Shown here: positions 30,598-40,894 of the stretch, one piece after another | Numbering within the stretch: position 1 is the stretch's first letter | Layout: each line of letters begins with the position of its first letter | Origin: Gammaproteobacteria bacterium | Lineage (GTDB): Bacteria > Pseudomonadota > Gammaproteobacteria > UBA4575 | Direction of reading: 5' to 3' | Assembly (NCBI GenBank): GCA_965222615.1 | Contig: CBDCUI010000008.1 | Coordinates: 32,001-96,000 of the forward strand | Length of the DNA stretch: 64,000 bases | Program-made: the position numbers and the translations under genes | The notes under the pieces: generated by a model | Seen by the model: only the letters and a program-made list of their open reading frames with translations | Told to the model about the DNA's origin: nothing | Database searches by the model: none

Positions 30598-33261
30598 TTG
30601 GATAATAATAATTTTATGAAAAAAGTGCTACGGGTTGCTCTCTATACTGTTCTTCTCTTTTTGTTACTCACTGGAATAGCACTGGCGGTTGGCTTATATA
30701 ATCCGCGTGCGTACGAAGGTTTGTTAAATAAGCTTGTGTATAAAAAAACAGGTTATCAATATTCGACTCAAGACCTTTCGATACAGCTTTCTCCAACAAA
30801 AATATCAATTCAGGGACTAGAACTTAATAACCCAGAATGGTCTCAAGATCCTAAATTACTAACTGTTGGAAACGCAGATGTTTCAGTAGATCTCAAACAA
30901 TTACTAAATAAACAACTTCCCTATTGGCAGGCAGAAATACATAACGCCGAAGTTCAATTAATAGAAGATAATGATGGAAAGTTAAATTGGCATACGTCTG
31001 TTTTAGCCAATCAACCCAAACCTGAAAGTGAAGAACCACTAAACTTGAAAGATGTACTTAGTTTTTCAGAAGTCAGTATTGATCAGGCCAAGCTTAGGCA
31101 ACAAAAACCAGATGTAACAGAAGAAATCGATATAAGCTCTTTATTACTGAAAAGGACAAGTGATGCTTCAGTAAAATTACAGGGCGCTGGGATCTATAAA
31201 GAGCAAAATGTTGATATAGAAGGTGTGGTTGATATTGAAGGTCAAAACCCTGCCAAGCAAATTCTGCAATTTGCTATGCAAGCAACCGGTTTAGGTATCG
31301 ATTTGCAAACCAATGGTGCTATTAATCCAAATAATTTAGATGGAACCAAAGTTTCTCTTAAAGCAAAGTCGGATAATTTAGCAGAGCTTGAGAAATTTTT
31401 AGAAACAACATTTCCAGCTGTGACACCAATCGACGTATCTCTGGATTTATTGTCAACAAAAGGTAATTACGAAGTTTCTAAAATTAATCTGCAGATGGGA
31501 GAAAATCTTTTGTCTGGGGATGTCTTATACGATACAAGTAATTCATTTGTTCGTGCCAATCTTTTCTCAGAAAAAATTAATTTAGGGCCTTTTATTCCTG
31601 CAGAAGGTGCAGAAAAGAGTAGTGAAGCCACACAAGAAAATGTAAAGAAAGATGTGGGTGAGCCTGAGATAGATTGGGCTTGGATGAATGCTTTAAATTC
31701 GGAAATAAATTTAAAAGTTGGTGAAATACTGGCAAATGAACATCGGCTTAAAGACTTTGCTTCCTCATTAAAACTAAATGAGGGTGTTTTAAATATCGAT
31801 TCACTAAATGCACGTTATCAGTTAGAGAATAAGGAAAATCCCGAACAGTCATTTATTACAGACTTAATTAAAATTTCAGGTACATTAAAACCCTTGGCCG
31901 AGAAGACGCAGGGCAAGGATGTTCAACTTGCCGTCAATATAACAGATGGTAACGCATCTCTAGCATTAGAAGGTGATGCAAATATTAATGGTGTAGAAGG
32001 TGATGTCTTAAAAATAAATGCCGATGCAACTAATTTAGACTCGCTGTCAAAATTTTTACAAACCGATCTTTCTCCGTATCTGCCTGCCAAAGTTAATGCA
32101 CAGATTGAGACATCGGCTAATGCAATCAATGTACAGCAAATCACGGCTAATTCTAAGGATAGCGATATTGCGGGTAATGTGGAAATTGACTGGTCAGGTG
32201 ATGTTGTAAAAGCTAAAGGCAAGGTGCTTTCAAGATTACTTGACCTATCTCCTTTAATGGCTGAACCAAAAGAAGGCCAAAAAAAATCTTCTGAGGATAA
32301 AAATAATCAAGAGAAAAAAGAAAAAGTATTTAGTGATGAGCCAATAGATTGGTCATGGTTAGAAGCATACGATGTAGATTTTGATTTAGGTATCGATAAG
32401 TTAATCGCATCTGACAATGTATTCAATAAAGTTAAAACAAAAATAGAGCTTGGTAAAGGGGCGTTGAATATAAAACCGTTCCAAGCTTTTTTTGCTGATG
32501 GCACGATTAATACTGTGTTGACACTTAATAAGGCGGGGGATGCAGCAAAATTTAATACTAAGCTAGATGCGATAAATTTAAGCCTGGCGGCTCTAGGGGC
32601 AACAGGAGATAGTGTCTTGGAAGGGGGTACTACTGATGTGGTGGCTGACTTCAATGGTCAAGGTAAATCACTACACCATATTATGGCCTCATTGAATGGA
32701 GAAATGGTGGCGGAAGTGCAAAAAGGCATTATTAAAAATGATGCCTTTGAGATAATTGGCTCCGATATAATTTTGGAACTGCTCACAATGCTGAATCCAT
32801 TTATGAAAGAAGATGAAACTACTGAACTTGAATGTGCAGCGGTAAAATTCACTGCTGAAGACGGAGTGTTGACCAGCAAAAATCAAATGGCAGTTGAAAC
32901 TACAAAAATGAAAATAGTCGGTGGTGGTGTCATCGATATGAATACGGAAGAGTTAGAAATTGGCTTTAGTCCTTCTGCGAAAAAAGGTGTCGGGGTTAAT
33001 GTAGGCAGTTTAGTCAAGTTTGTACGCTTGGGCGGTACATTGAGCAATCCCCATCCTGAAGCAGATCCGGTAGGGATACTAAAAAGTGGAGCGGCATTAG
33101 GTGCAGCAGTATCAACAGGGGGACTTTCCTTATTAGTAGAAGGATTGTTTAAACGTGCTGCTAATGCAGGATCGGCCTGTAATCAAGCTTTAAGTGACAC
33201 TCCTGAGATGGATACAGAGACAACTGCTACAACCCCAAGTACCACTGACTCTCCTGAATAA
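30598..33261 (+). CDS. AsmA family protein (start probably ATG 30616)
   Basis: N-terminal TM, LNNPEW, G-x-L-N-W motif, C-terminal LECAAVKF...VRLGGTLSNP. Confidence 0.88.
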   Translation: MDNNNFMKKVLRVALYTVLLFLLLTGIALAVGLYNPRAYEGLLNKLVYKKTGYQYSTQDLSIQLSPTKISIQGLELNNPEWSQDPKLLTVGNADVSVDLKQLLNKQLPYWQAEIHNAEVQLIEDNDGKLNWHTSVLANQPKPESEEPLNLKDVLSFSEVSIDQAKLRQQKPDVTEEIDISSLLLKRTSDASVKLQGAGIYKEQNVDIEGVVDIEGQNPAKQILQFAMQATGLGIDLQTNGAINPNNLDGTKVSLKAKSDNLAELEKFLETTFPAVTPIDVSLDLLSTKGNYEVSKINLQMGENLLSGDVLYDTSNSFVRANLFSEKINLGPFIPAEGAEKSSEATQENVKKDVGEPEIDWAWMNALNSEINLKVGEILANEHRLKDFASSLKLNEGVLNIDSLNARYQLENKENPEQSFITDLIKISGTLKPLAEKTQGKDVQLAVNITDGNASLALEGDANINGVEGDVLKINADATNLDSLSKFLQTDLSPYLPAKVNAQIETSANAINVQQITANSKDSDIAGNVEIDWSGDVVKAKGKVLSRLLDLSPLMAEPKEGQKKSSEDKNNQEKKEKVFSDEPIDWSWLEAYDVDFDLGIDKLIASDNVFNKVKTKIELGKGALNIKPFQAFFADGTINTVLTLNKAGDAAKFNTKLDAINLSLAALGATGDSVLEGGTTDVVADFNGQGKSLHHIMASLNGEMVAEVQKGIIKNDAFEIIGSDIILELLTMLNPFMKEDETTELECAAVKFTAEDGVLTSKNQMAVETTKMKIVGGGVIDMNTEELEIGFSPSAKKGVGVNVGSLVKFVRLGGTLSNPHPEADPVGILKSGAALGAAVSTGGLSLLVEGLFKRAANAGSACNQALSDTPEMDTETTATTPSTTDSPE

Positions 33262-33357
33262 GGATGTAGTCTATAGGGCTGTGACAAATCTTTTTTATAG
33301 AACAGACTAGAAATCTTTAAAACAGTAATAGATCGCGCAGATAAATTTAGCCTTGAA

Positions 33358-33603
33358 TTATTTAACGTAGTTAGTCATGAGTTCTTTAATTTTTGTTTGA
33401 TAGCGTGAACCTTCCAGTTTACATTTAGTTTTGAAAGCATTTAGCAAAGATGGTGCAACTTTTAAGCTTATAAGCTTTAATTTTTCAGTTTGAGTTCCAC
33501 CATGCGTTTGTCGAAAATCTTCAAGGAATTGAGCGATTTCTTCTGTAGACATTTGTTTGCACGTCTCTAAATAATCGTCACTAAATTTTTGTAGTGCTTT
33601 CAT
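33358..33603 (-). CDS. BrnA/CopG-like ribbon-helix-helix protein, putative antitoxin
   Basis: LISLKV...LLNAFK...RYQTKIKELM; ATGA overlap with upstream gene. Confidence 0.65.
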   Translation of the reverse strand: MKALQKFSDDYLETCKQMSTEEIAQFLEDFRQTHGGTQTEKLKLISLKVAPSLLNAFKTKCKLEGSRYQTKIKELMTNYVK

Positions 33604-34070
33604 TGGCTTTTATGTATTTTCTGCAAGGCTTCAACATCAAGATAATCTTGCTCCCGACCAGCTCTCTGTTTCATCTTTATTAAATCATTAAGAGATAATA
33701 TTTTAATTACACCGCCGGATATTTTTACAGATTTAGTTTTTTTGCCAGTAAGATCATAACTAATAATAATGTCTACTTGTTTATTTAGTTGCTGTGGATG
33801 ATAGAAATTCCATGCAGTAAGATTTTTGTTTCTTATGTATTCATCTCTGAATTGATAAATATCACCTGCCGTCAATGGTAATCGCGAAACCAGACCATAC
33901 GTGTTAAGAATTTGTTCTGTTTTCTGTAAATTTTTGAGTGTCCATTTAATTACAATGTCGATATCTAAAGTACCACGTACGGCACCATGCAGTGCGACAG
34001 CGTGACCACCAACGACTGCATAAGACACCTTATTTTCAGACAGTAATTTACATACATCGTAAAGAAACAT
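33600..34070 (-). CDS. Nucleotidyltransferase (GGxA/DxD type), putative toxin
   Basis: YAVVGGHAVALHG, RGTLDIDIV, LIKMK..AGREQDYLD. Confidence 0.8.
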   Translation of the reverse strand: MFLYDVCKLLSENKVSYAVVGGHAVALHGAVRGTLDIDIVIKWTLKNLQKTEQILNTYGLVSRLPLTAGDIYQFRDEYIRNKNLTAWNFYHPQQLNKQVDIIISYDLTGKKTKSVKISGGVIKILSLNDLIKMKQRAGREQDYLDVEALQKIHKSQ

Positions 34071-34071
34071 G

Positions 34072-34106
34072 GGTATATACTAGTATATACCTCTGAATTA
34101 TGTAAA
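34072..34106 (-). promoter_or_regulatory. Perfect 20-bp palindrome overlapping a probable leaderless promoter
   Basis: GGTATATACTAGTATATACC at 34072-34091; minus strand TTTACA-18 nt-TAGTAT-6 nt-ATG. Confidence 0.65.
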
Positions 34107-34140
34107 GTACCACCAACACTGATTAACTACTATTCATCCA

Positions 34141-34192
34141 TTGACAATATAAATGTGATAGATAATATATAGCCATATGGCTATATATTATC
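34141..34192 (+). promoter_or_regulatory. Promoter and 32-bp palindromic operator centred on the ArsR-family start codon
   Basis: TTGACA at 34141; GATAATATATAGCCATATGGCTATATATTATC at 34161-34192. Confidence 0.75.
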
Positions 34193-34524
34193 ATAATTCA
34201 TTAGACCGAACCTTTCATGCCTTAGGTGATGAATCTCGTCGACAAATTCTAGAAACACTTTGCAAAAGACAACGCTGCTCAGCTGGAGAAATTGTTGAGC
34301 TTTTTGATGCGGCCCAACCCACTATTTCTAAACATTTGAAAGTGTTAGAAAAAGCTAACCTGATCGTTCGTCATATTGAAGGCCGAAGACATGAGTTCAC
34401 TTTGGTTGCGGATTCCCTGGAAGAAGCACAAAAATGGTTGGGTAATCGCCTCGTATTTTGGGAAAACAGTCTGGACCGATTGGATACGCTTCTATCTAAA
34501 AACCAAAAAAGAAAAGAAAAATGA
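34177..34524 (+). CDS. ArsR/SmtB family transcriptional regulator
   Basis: FHALGDESRRQIL, QPTISKHLKVLEKA. Confidence 0.9.
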   Translation: MAIYYHNSLDRTFHALGDESRRQILETLCKRQRCSAGEIVELFDAAQPTISKHLKVLEKANLIVRHIEGRRHEFTLVADSLEEAQKWLGNRLVFWENSLDRLDTLLSKNQKRKEK

Positions 34525-34966
34525 AAACATCACAGAGCCACTCGTTATTCATCGAATTTTTAAATCCAAACGTATAGAAGTTTTCAAAGCATTCACAACT
34601 CCTGAGCTCTTAAAACAATGGTACTCCCCTTCTTCTGATATTACGCTTGAATTAATAAAATATGATTTACGGGTTGGTGGTCATTACCAAATTATTTATA
34701 GCCTTCCTGATAAAAATAAAGCCGTGTTGAAGGGTGAGTTCACAACGTTAACACCACCAGAGGAATTGTGCATGAGCTGGACGTGGGAACACGATGAACC
34801 TCACGGCATATCTTCCAACGTACGGATACAGTTTATAGAACAAGGCGATACAACAGAAGTAATTATTACTCACAAACAACTACCATCTATAGATGAAATA
34901 ACCCGTCATCATCAAGGTTGGATTAGTACACTTGAAAGGTTAGATGATTTAGTCACTAGTAACTAA
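34521..34966 (+). pseudogene. SRPBCC/AHSA1-domain gene with apparent 1-nt deletion just after the start codon
   Basis: VFKAFTTPELLKQW, DLRVGG, HHQGW; the coupled ATG at 34521 is out of frame with the domain. Confidence 0.65.
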
Positions 34967-34979
34967 AAAGGAGTCACTA

Positions 34980-35396
34980 ATGTTTTCCATTCCGATTACA
35001 TCAATTATCGCCGCAATTTTTGCAATTACAACATTTGTCCTCTCCTGGATAGTATCCATGCGTCGAGCTGCATTAGGAAAAGCTGCAAATGATTTAACCG
35101 GTTTCAGTTTGGGGGATGCGGGTGATGAAATTCTACTAACAAGAAGAGAAACCCTGCGAAACTTTTGTGAATATGTCCCCATATGTTTACTGTTACTGTT
35201 ATTAATAGAAGTACAAGGTGCTACAGCTACTCTTGTATGGACCATAGGCGGGTTATTTGTACTAGGCAGGATCCTGCACGCTTTTACCATGTTGAAGATT
35301 CCAAACGTTTTACCTACCAGAATATTTGGAATGCTCACCACTTATACTGCACTATTAATTCCTGCAGGATGGTTGCTATTGAATGCAATCAGATAG
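34980..35396 (+). CDS. MAPEG family membrane protein
   Basis: NFCEYVP, LGRILHA; AAGGAG SD. Confidence 0.85.
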   Translation: MFSIPITSIIAAIFAITTFVLSWIVSMRRAALGKAANDLTGFSLGDAGDEILLTRRETLRNFCEYVPICLLLLLLIEVQGATATLVWTIGGLFVLGRILHAFTMLKIPNVLPTRIFGMLTTYTALLIPAGWLLLNAIR

Positions 35397-35772
35397 CATT
35401 GAATATACTCCATTGATTTCTTAACCTTAAATAAAGATTTGTCAGTTTTGTTAATTGGGGGTGAATTCATCCTATCCCGTCAATGCAATCGTGTCTGGTC
35501 CCTTTGATTTGCTCAGGACTTGCCTTTAATCTAGCTTTAAGTGATATCAGTGAAGTGGGTGGGTGCGGAGACGGTTAGTGTAGCACCAAGTTCTGCCGAT
35601 TCAGCTAAATCAAGAGATACAGTCAAATTAGTTATTTTTATTGTAGATTGTAAACCAATGTAAATTTCACTATTAGAAGTTAATAAATTACATAGATTGA
35701 CAATATTTTGTATTATTAGCATGTTATATAAAAACACCAATAATAATAAATATATAAAAAAGGAAAAAAACT

Positions 35773-36504
35773 ATGCAATTGTCAAAAAGTCTTATAGCTG
35801 AATTCATTGGCACATTTTGGCTAGTATTGGGTGGTTGTGGAAGTGCAGTGTTGGCAGCGACGTTTATGTCAAGTGGTGCCATGATTGGAGAAAGTATTCA
35901 TTTTCCTCTTGGTATTGGTTTAGTCGGTGTGTCTTTTGCATTTGGTCTAACCGTTGTAACTATGGCCTATGCGATTGGGCACATATCTGGTTGTCATTTA
36001 AATCCAGCGGTATCAATTGGCTTAACTGCAGGGGGACGTTTTCCGGCAAGCCATTTGATCCCTTATATTATTGCCCAAGTGTTAGGCGCAATTGTTGCTG
36101 CAGGTGTCCTGTATTTAATTGCAAGTGGAAAAGCTGGTTATGAAGGTGGTCTTGCGTCAAATGGTTTTGCAGATCGATCGCCAGGTGGTTATAGCATGAT
36201 GGCAGCTTTAATATGTGAGATTGTGATGACATTTATTTTCTTGATGGTAATTTTAGGGGCAACAGATAAACGTGCTCCTGCAGGTTTTGCGCCCATTGCA
36301 ATCGGCTTGTGTCTAACACTTATTCATTTAATTTCAATTCCGGTAACGAATACATCTGTTAATCCCGCTAGAAGTACAGGGCCTGCACTTTTTGAAGGGG
36401 CTGCAGCATTGGGTCAACTATGGCTGTTTTGGGTGGCCCCTATTATAGGAGCAGTTATTGCGGGTGTAGTTTATAAATTGGCATTTGAGGAGAACGATAA
36501 CTAA
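35773..36504 (+). CDS. aqpZ: Aquaporin Z
   Basis: [35 protein letters not shown]. Confidence 0.95.
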   Translation: MQLSKSLIAEFIGTFWLVLGGCGSAVLAATFMSSGAMIGESIHFPLGIGLVGVSFAFGLTVVTMAYAIGHISGCHLNPAVSIGLTAGGRFPASHLIPYIIAQVLGAIVAAGVLYLIASGKAGYEGGLASNGFADRSPGGYSMMAALICEIVMTFIFLMVILGATDKRAPAGFAPIAIGLCLTLIHLISIPVTNTSVNPARSTGPALFEGAAALGQLWLFWVAPIIGAVIAGVVYKLAFEENDN

Positions 36505-36543
36505 GGCAATTGAATTTGTAAAAACCACTTACTGCTCATGATC

Positions 36544-36577
36544 AAGGTGTATAGCCACGTAGCTATACACCTTTTTT
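36544..36577 (+). terminator. Rho-independent terminator
   Basis: AAGGTGTATAGC...GCTATACACCTT plus T tract. Confidence 0.8.
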
Positions 36578-36677
36578 ATTTTCTTTAAGCAAGTTTTGAG
36601 TAAAAATATTAATTATTTCAAATGCCACTTTTAAGCACCATATTTGACAAGATCAAAATAACGCCGAAGGGCTAATT

Positions 36678-37169
36678 ATGAAAAAGCGAATTTATGGTTT
36701 AATTTTGTCTATATTAATTACATTAACAGCGTGTTTAGATGAGCAGGGTATATCGTCTGAACAAAATGACTTAGCAAATGCAACAACTCCGGTATCAGAA
36801 GAAGAAATTAGAAAACGGCAACAACAAATGTTTCAAGAGGCCGCTGATGCACCAAGGCAGTTTCGTGAAGGTTTGAAAGAAAATTGTCCTTACTTTAATT
36901 CAGTTTTACTAACGACTGCAGAAACTATCCAGCTTGGTACAAGAGTTTTTAATGCAGGGGGAATCAGTCTTACCAACCGCATATACGAAGGAACAGTTTA
37001 TAAGATTTTGTTTACCATAAAAGATGAATGTATGGACCTAAGTGATGTATTACAGGCCGGTATAGCAACCGCTGAGACTAAAGAAAGTTACCATGATAAG
37101 GCATGGGCGCTGCGCGATACCCTTGATCTCATCATGGGGGGACCACCTACTAAGCCTCCTGGTGGTTAA
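36678..37169 (+). CDS. Hypothetical lipoprotein
   Basis: LTAC lipobox. Confidence 0.7.
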   Translation: MKKRIYGLILSILITLTACLDEQGISSEQNDLANATTPVSEEEIRKRQQQMFQEAADAPRQFREGLKENCPYFNSVLLTTAETIQLGTRVFNAGGISLTNRIYEGTVYKILFTIKDECMDLSDVLQAGIATAETKESYHDKAWALRDTLDLIMGGPPTKPPGG

Positions 37170-37317
37170 ATCTATCTAAAGATGTGATATGAGTATTGCA
37201 TCACAGTCGCAATGACGTAGTCTATTGTTTTTATTATAATTATTTGGCAGCTAATTTTTTATGTATAAATTTTAGTTCAGATTGGTCTATATAATATGCC
37301 CTGAAAATTAAATTGGT

Positions 37318-37716
37318 ATGAATTTCAAGCTAATTATCACAGTAATTATATTTTGCTTATCATCGTTATTCACGGTGCAGGCGGAGAGTTTACATATTCA
37401 AGTACAGGGTCAAAGTTTCGCAGAGGAATACGGACATTTACGAAAATTACTTTCACAAGTTCAAAGTCGTGAATCCGCGCTTGCGTATAAATCGCAGATC
37501 ACTGCAGAACTTGATAGATTAAAATCTTCACAAGTTAATGGTGGGCAGGCCTTTGCTGCATTATCAGCCGATGAGCAACAAATGTTTATTCGTAAATTTC
37601 AAAATAATCAATTTCACTGTGGCGAAGTCACACAAGTTATGGAAGAAAGGAGAAGGATATTGTTAGATCCTGATCTTAGTGAGGTTCTTGGCACAGTAAT
37701 TAAGGATATTCCTTAA
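37318..37716 (+). CDS. Hypothetical exported protein
   Basis: Signal peptide ending VQA. Confidence 0.7.
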   Translation: MNFKLIITVIIFCLSSLFTVQAESLHIQVQGQSFAEEYGHLRKLLSQVQSRESALAYKSQITAELDRLKSSQVNGGQAFAALSADEQQMFIRKFQNNQFHCGEVTQVMEERRRILLDPDLSEVLGTVIKDIP

Positions 37717-37788
37717 AAAAATATAAACAAGAACGTTATAAATTTTCAATTTATCCAGCCTGATCGAAGTAGATTTCTAAGATAGCGT

Positions 37789-38376
37789 ATGTTTTTCTTG
37801 CCTCGTGCGCTTAAATTTATTACCGCTTGTCTTTGTATTTCAATGCTATCGGCTTGTGTATTGCTTTTATTAAATGGCCATTTGAGCCATGGCCACTACA
37901 TATCACCTAGCGAATCCTTTAAATGCAAACTACCTGGCGGTGCTTTAAGCAGGCAATTGGAGATTGTTGATGATAGCAATTCTTTAGGCGAAACAGTTAT
38001 ATTTAAACTTAAACTTGGACTACTATGGCGGGTAGACCATCTTAAATTGAACCGCCATAAGATAGCAGTGCTGGATAGATCTTTAAATAAGAGGGAGAAT
38101 CTAGATCGAGCAAAATTAAATTACTTTAAATATCACTTAATACCGAATTTGGATGAAGTGGCAATAGATTGGGAGTATTTTAAGAGAATTAATGAATCGG
38201 AAGTTTTAATTGTGCAGGCATATGTGAGATGGGATCAACAGGAAGAGAAGCGGGAATTGTTATTTTCAATAGACGACGAATATTTAAATGTTATTCATCA
38301 TTCCCAAAATATTTCCAGTGATTTGCAGAAGATTACTTTTGGAGCAATAGATATGTATAAAGGTTGCCAATTCTAA
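37789..38376 (+). CDS. Hypothetical (lipo)protein
   Basis: LSAC after hydrophobic N-terminus. Confidence 0.6.
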   Translation: MFFLPRALKFITACLCISMLSACVLLLLNGHLSHGHYISPSESFKCKLPGGALSRQLEIVDDSNSLGETVIFKLKLGLLWRVDHLKLNRHKIAVLDRSLNKRENLDRAKLNYFKYHLIPNLDEVAIDWEYFKRINESEVLIVQAYVRWDQQEEKRELLFSIDDEYLNVIHHSQNISSDLQKITFGAIDMYKGCQF

Positions 38377-38404
38377 AATTTAAGGCTCTTAAATACGGCT
38401 TCAG

Positions 38405-38995
38405 ATGAATTTAATTCAAGCCACAGTTTTATTGTTTCTTATCATGGATCCAATAGGGAATATACCAATTTTCAATTCAATACTAAGCAATAAATCAACA
38501 TCAGAACGTGTAAAGATAATTAGTAGAGAATTAATTTTTGCATATTTATTATTACTTGGATTTTTAATACTAGGAGATTACGTACAGTCTTATCTAAATC
38601 TTAGAGTATCTACTTTACATATAGCAGGCGGGATCATTCTTTTATTAGTTGCCTTAGGCATGGTTTTTCCAAGCATAGGCATGAAAGTCGTTGATAACAA
38701 TGAGGATCCATTTTTGGTTCCACTGGCGATGCCTTTGGTGGCTGGGCCTGCGGCAATCGCTATTGTATTAATCATAGGCAGTAGTCAGCTCGCCACTACG
38801 CTATCTTGGATACTAGCACTTTCAATTTCGTGGGGTTTAGTTGCAATAATTATGATTCCATCACCCTGGTTTTATAAATTGATTGGTGAAAAGGGTGCGC
38901 GGGTTTTGGAACGGCTTATGGGCATGATTCTTATTTTATTAGCTGTCCAGATGTTTTTAAATGGAGTCGAACTGTACGTCAATTCAAGTTTTTAA
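38405..38995 (+). CDS. MarC family membrane protein
   Basis: IMDPIGNIP, VPLAMPLVAGP, LERLMGMIL. Confidence 0.9.
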   Translation: MNLIQATVLLFLIMDPIGNIPIFNSILSNKSTSERVKIISRELIFAYLLLLGFLILGDYVQSYLNLRVSTLHIAGGIILLLVALGMVFPSIGMKVVDNNEDPFLVPLAMPLVAGPAAIAIVLIIGSSQLATTLSWILALSISWGLVAIIMIPSPWFYKLIGEKGARVLERLMGMILILLAVQMFLNGVELYVNSSF

Positions 38996-39005
38996 AATAT
39001 ATTGA

Positions 39006-40487
39006 TTAATTTGCGCTTACGGTTCTTTTGCTGGCCCAATTTCTTAACCTAGCCACTTTTTCTGCCATGATTACTGATAAAGGTTTGGTATTGAGTAACT
39101 CTTCTAACAATTGAATTTGTTTAAGTGGTGAATTTTCAGCATGGGCTGCATATAAAGCAGAAACTACTGCTTGTTCTATTTCTGCGCCAGAAAAACCTTC
39201 GCTAATTTGTGCAAGTCTAGCAAGATCAAATTTATCAACAGCTATATCGCGTTTATTTAAATGTATGCGGAAAATTTCCTCTCTAGTTTCTAGATTAGGT
39301 AAGTCAACAAAAAAGATTTCATCTAGGCGTCCTTTGCGTATTAACTCAGGCGGCAAGGCTTCTATATTATTGGCAGTAACCGCCAGAAATACAGCTTGTT
39401 TACGTTCTGCCATCCAGGTAAGTATAGTTCCCAAAACTCGGTCACTTGTTCCGGTTGTATCATCTCCAGTACTTATTCCTTTCTCAATTTCATCAATCCA
39501 CAATACACAAGGTGACATTACTTCTGCAGTTTTAATTGCTTCACGCAGGTTTTTTTCTGTTTCACCAATAAATTTGTTAAATAAGCTACCCATATCAAGG
39601 CGTAACAATGGTAAGTCCCAAACACCAGCGATAGCTTTTGCAGTTAAGCTTTTACCACTTCCTTGCACACCTATTAATAAAATGCCTTTAGGACGGTCTA
39701 GGCCTTTTGGAGGATTTTCTGAAATAAAAACTTGTTTGCGTTGATTCAGCCAATTTTTAAGCTTTTTCATCCCAGCAACATCAGAAAATTTTGCTGTGTC
39801 GTATTCAAATGACAGCCCGTTATCTTTGCTTAATAATCGATACTTTGCTGCCATAATTTCAGGCAAGTCAGAAGTTGTAAGAGCGCCATCTTCAGCAATA
39901 GCGATACGTGCAAGTCGTCGTACATCTTGTTCGGGTAAGCCTGATAAATTACGTGCAAGCAAATCGACTATTTCGTCGTCTTGAATTACATGCTTGGCAT
40001 TATTTTTGCCCTGCCAACGAATAGCTTCTTGCACAACAATGTTGCGAAGTTCTTTTGTTGTAGGAAGACGCAACTCAAAATAACCAGTAAATTTTTCTAA
40101 TTCGGTTGGAATTTTTAAATTGTGACTGACGAATACAAGGGTGTTGGGTTTTTCGTCATGTTGTAGAGCAACTTCTTTAATCGTACGTACATTGAGTGGA
40201 TCTTCCATATAAGGATGAAAGTCCATGAATAAGTATATTCCTGATTTTGACCCGCTTCTGATATGACGTAATGCTTCCAGGGGTTCTTTGTTGAATGCTT
40301 GGGGGCGCATATCTTCTACATCAATTCTTTGCAGACCCTCGGTAACCGTCCATTTATAAAGGTGTCGTGGAAACTCGATGACTAACTGGGTAAATAATTG
40401 CAATACACGAGTTTCTTCATGGGTCTCGATGACAACAAGAGGTGTCTTGGATTTGATTAAGACCTTTAGGTCATTTAACTCATACAT
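39006..40487 (-). CDS. Ycf46-like AAA ATPase
   Basis: GVQGSGKSLTAK, PCVLWIDEIEK, LPPELIRKGRLDEIFFVDLP. Confidence 0.9.
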   Translation of the reverse strand: MYELNDLKVLIKSKTPLVVIETHEETRVLQLFTQLVIEFPRHLYKWTVTEGLQRIDVEDMRPQAFNKEPLEALRHIRSGSKSGIYLFMDFHPYMEDPLNVRTIKEVALQHDEKPNTLVFVSHNLKIPTELEKFTGYFELRLPTTKELRNIVVQEAIRWQGKNNAKHVIQDDEIVDLLARNLSGLPEQDVRRLARIAIAEDGALTTSDLPEIMAAKYRLLSKDNGLSFEYDTAKFSDVAGMKKLKNWLNQRKQVFISENPPKGLDRPKGILLIGVQGSGKSLTAKAIAGVWDLPLLRLDMGSLFNKFIGETEKNLREAIKTAEVMSPCVLWIDEIEKGISTGDDTTGTSDRVLGTILTWMAERKQAVFLAVTANNIEALPPELIRKGRLDEIFFVDLPNLETREEIFRIHLNKRDIAVDKFDLARLAQISEGFSGAEIEQAVVSALYAAHAENSPLKQIQLLEELLNTKPLSVIMAEKVARLRNWASKRTVSAN

Positions 40488-40894
40488 ATTGAATTATTAC
40501 TGCACTTGGAAGAGATAGAATGATGTTAATGAATCTGAAGCGCGTTTTAACATTGAATTCGACAAACATGCAAGAAATTACTTACTCAAATGTGTGATAC
40601 ACGGGATTATCTGGAAAGAAATATTGATGCGAAGCAAAGTTCTATTTTGTGGCTTAATAATTTTCACACTTTTTTGAGACTTTTTAGTAGCCTAAATTTC
40701 TTAATGTTTATCAATAGCAAAGTTTTAGTGAATTTAACAGCATTTAAAAAACGTATGACAGAATTAATAGAAACTTTTGGAGGATCAATTGATGTAGTTG
40801 TAATATCAAAAAGAGGGTGATAAGTCTGTCAGTACCATGTTTGCTGAACGTGTATAAAAGTAGATCAACCTAAAAATCCGAGAATATTAATTTT

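Noticed and set aside
34376-34520. N-terminal extension of the SRPBCC ORF
   Set aside because: Overlaps the arsR-like gene by about 150 bp; better explained by a frameshift after ATG 34521
40590-40820. 76-aa ORF
   Set aside because: No RBS or motif; probably the divergent promoter region
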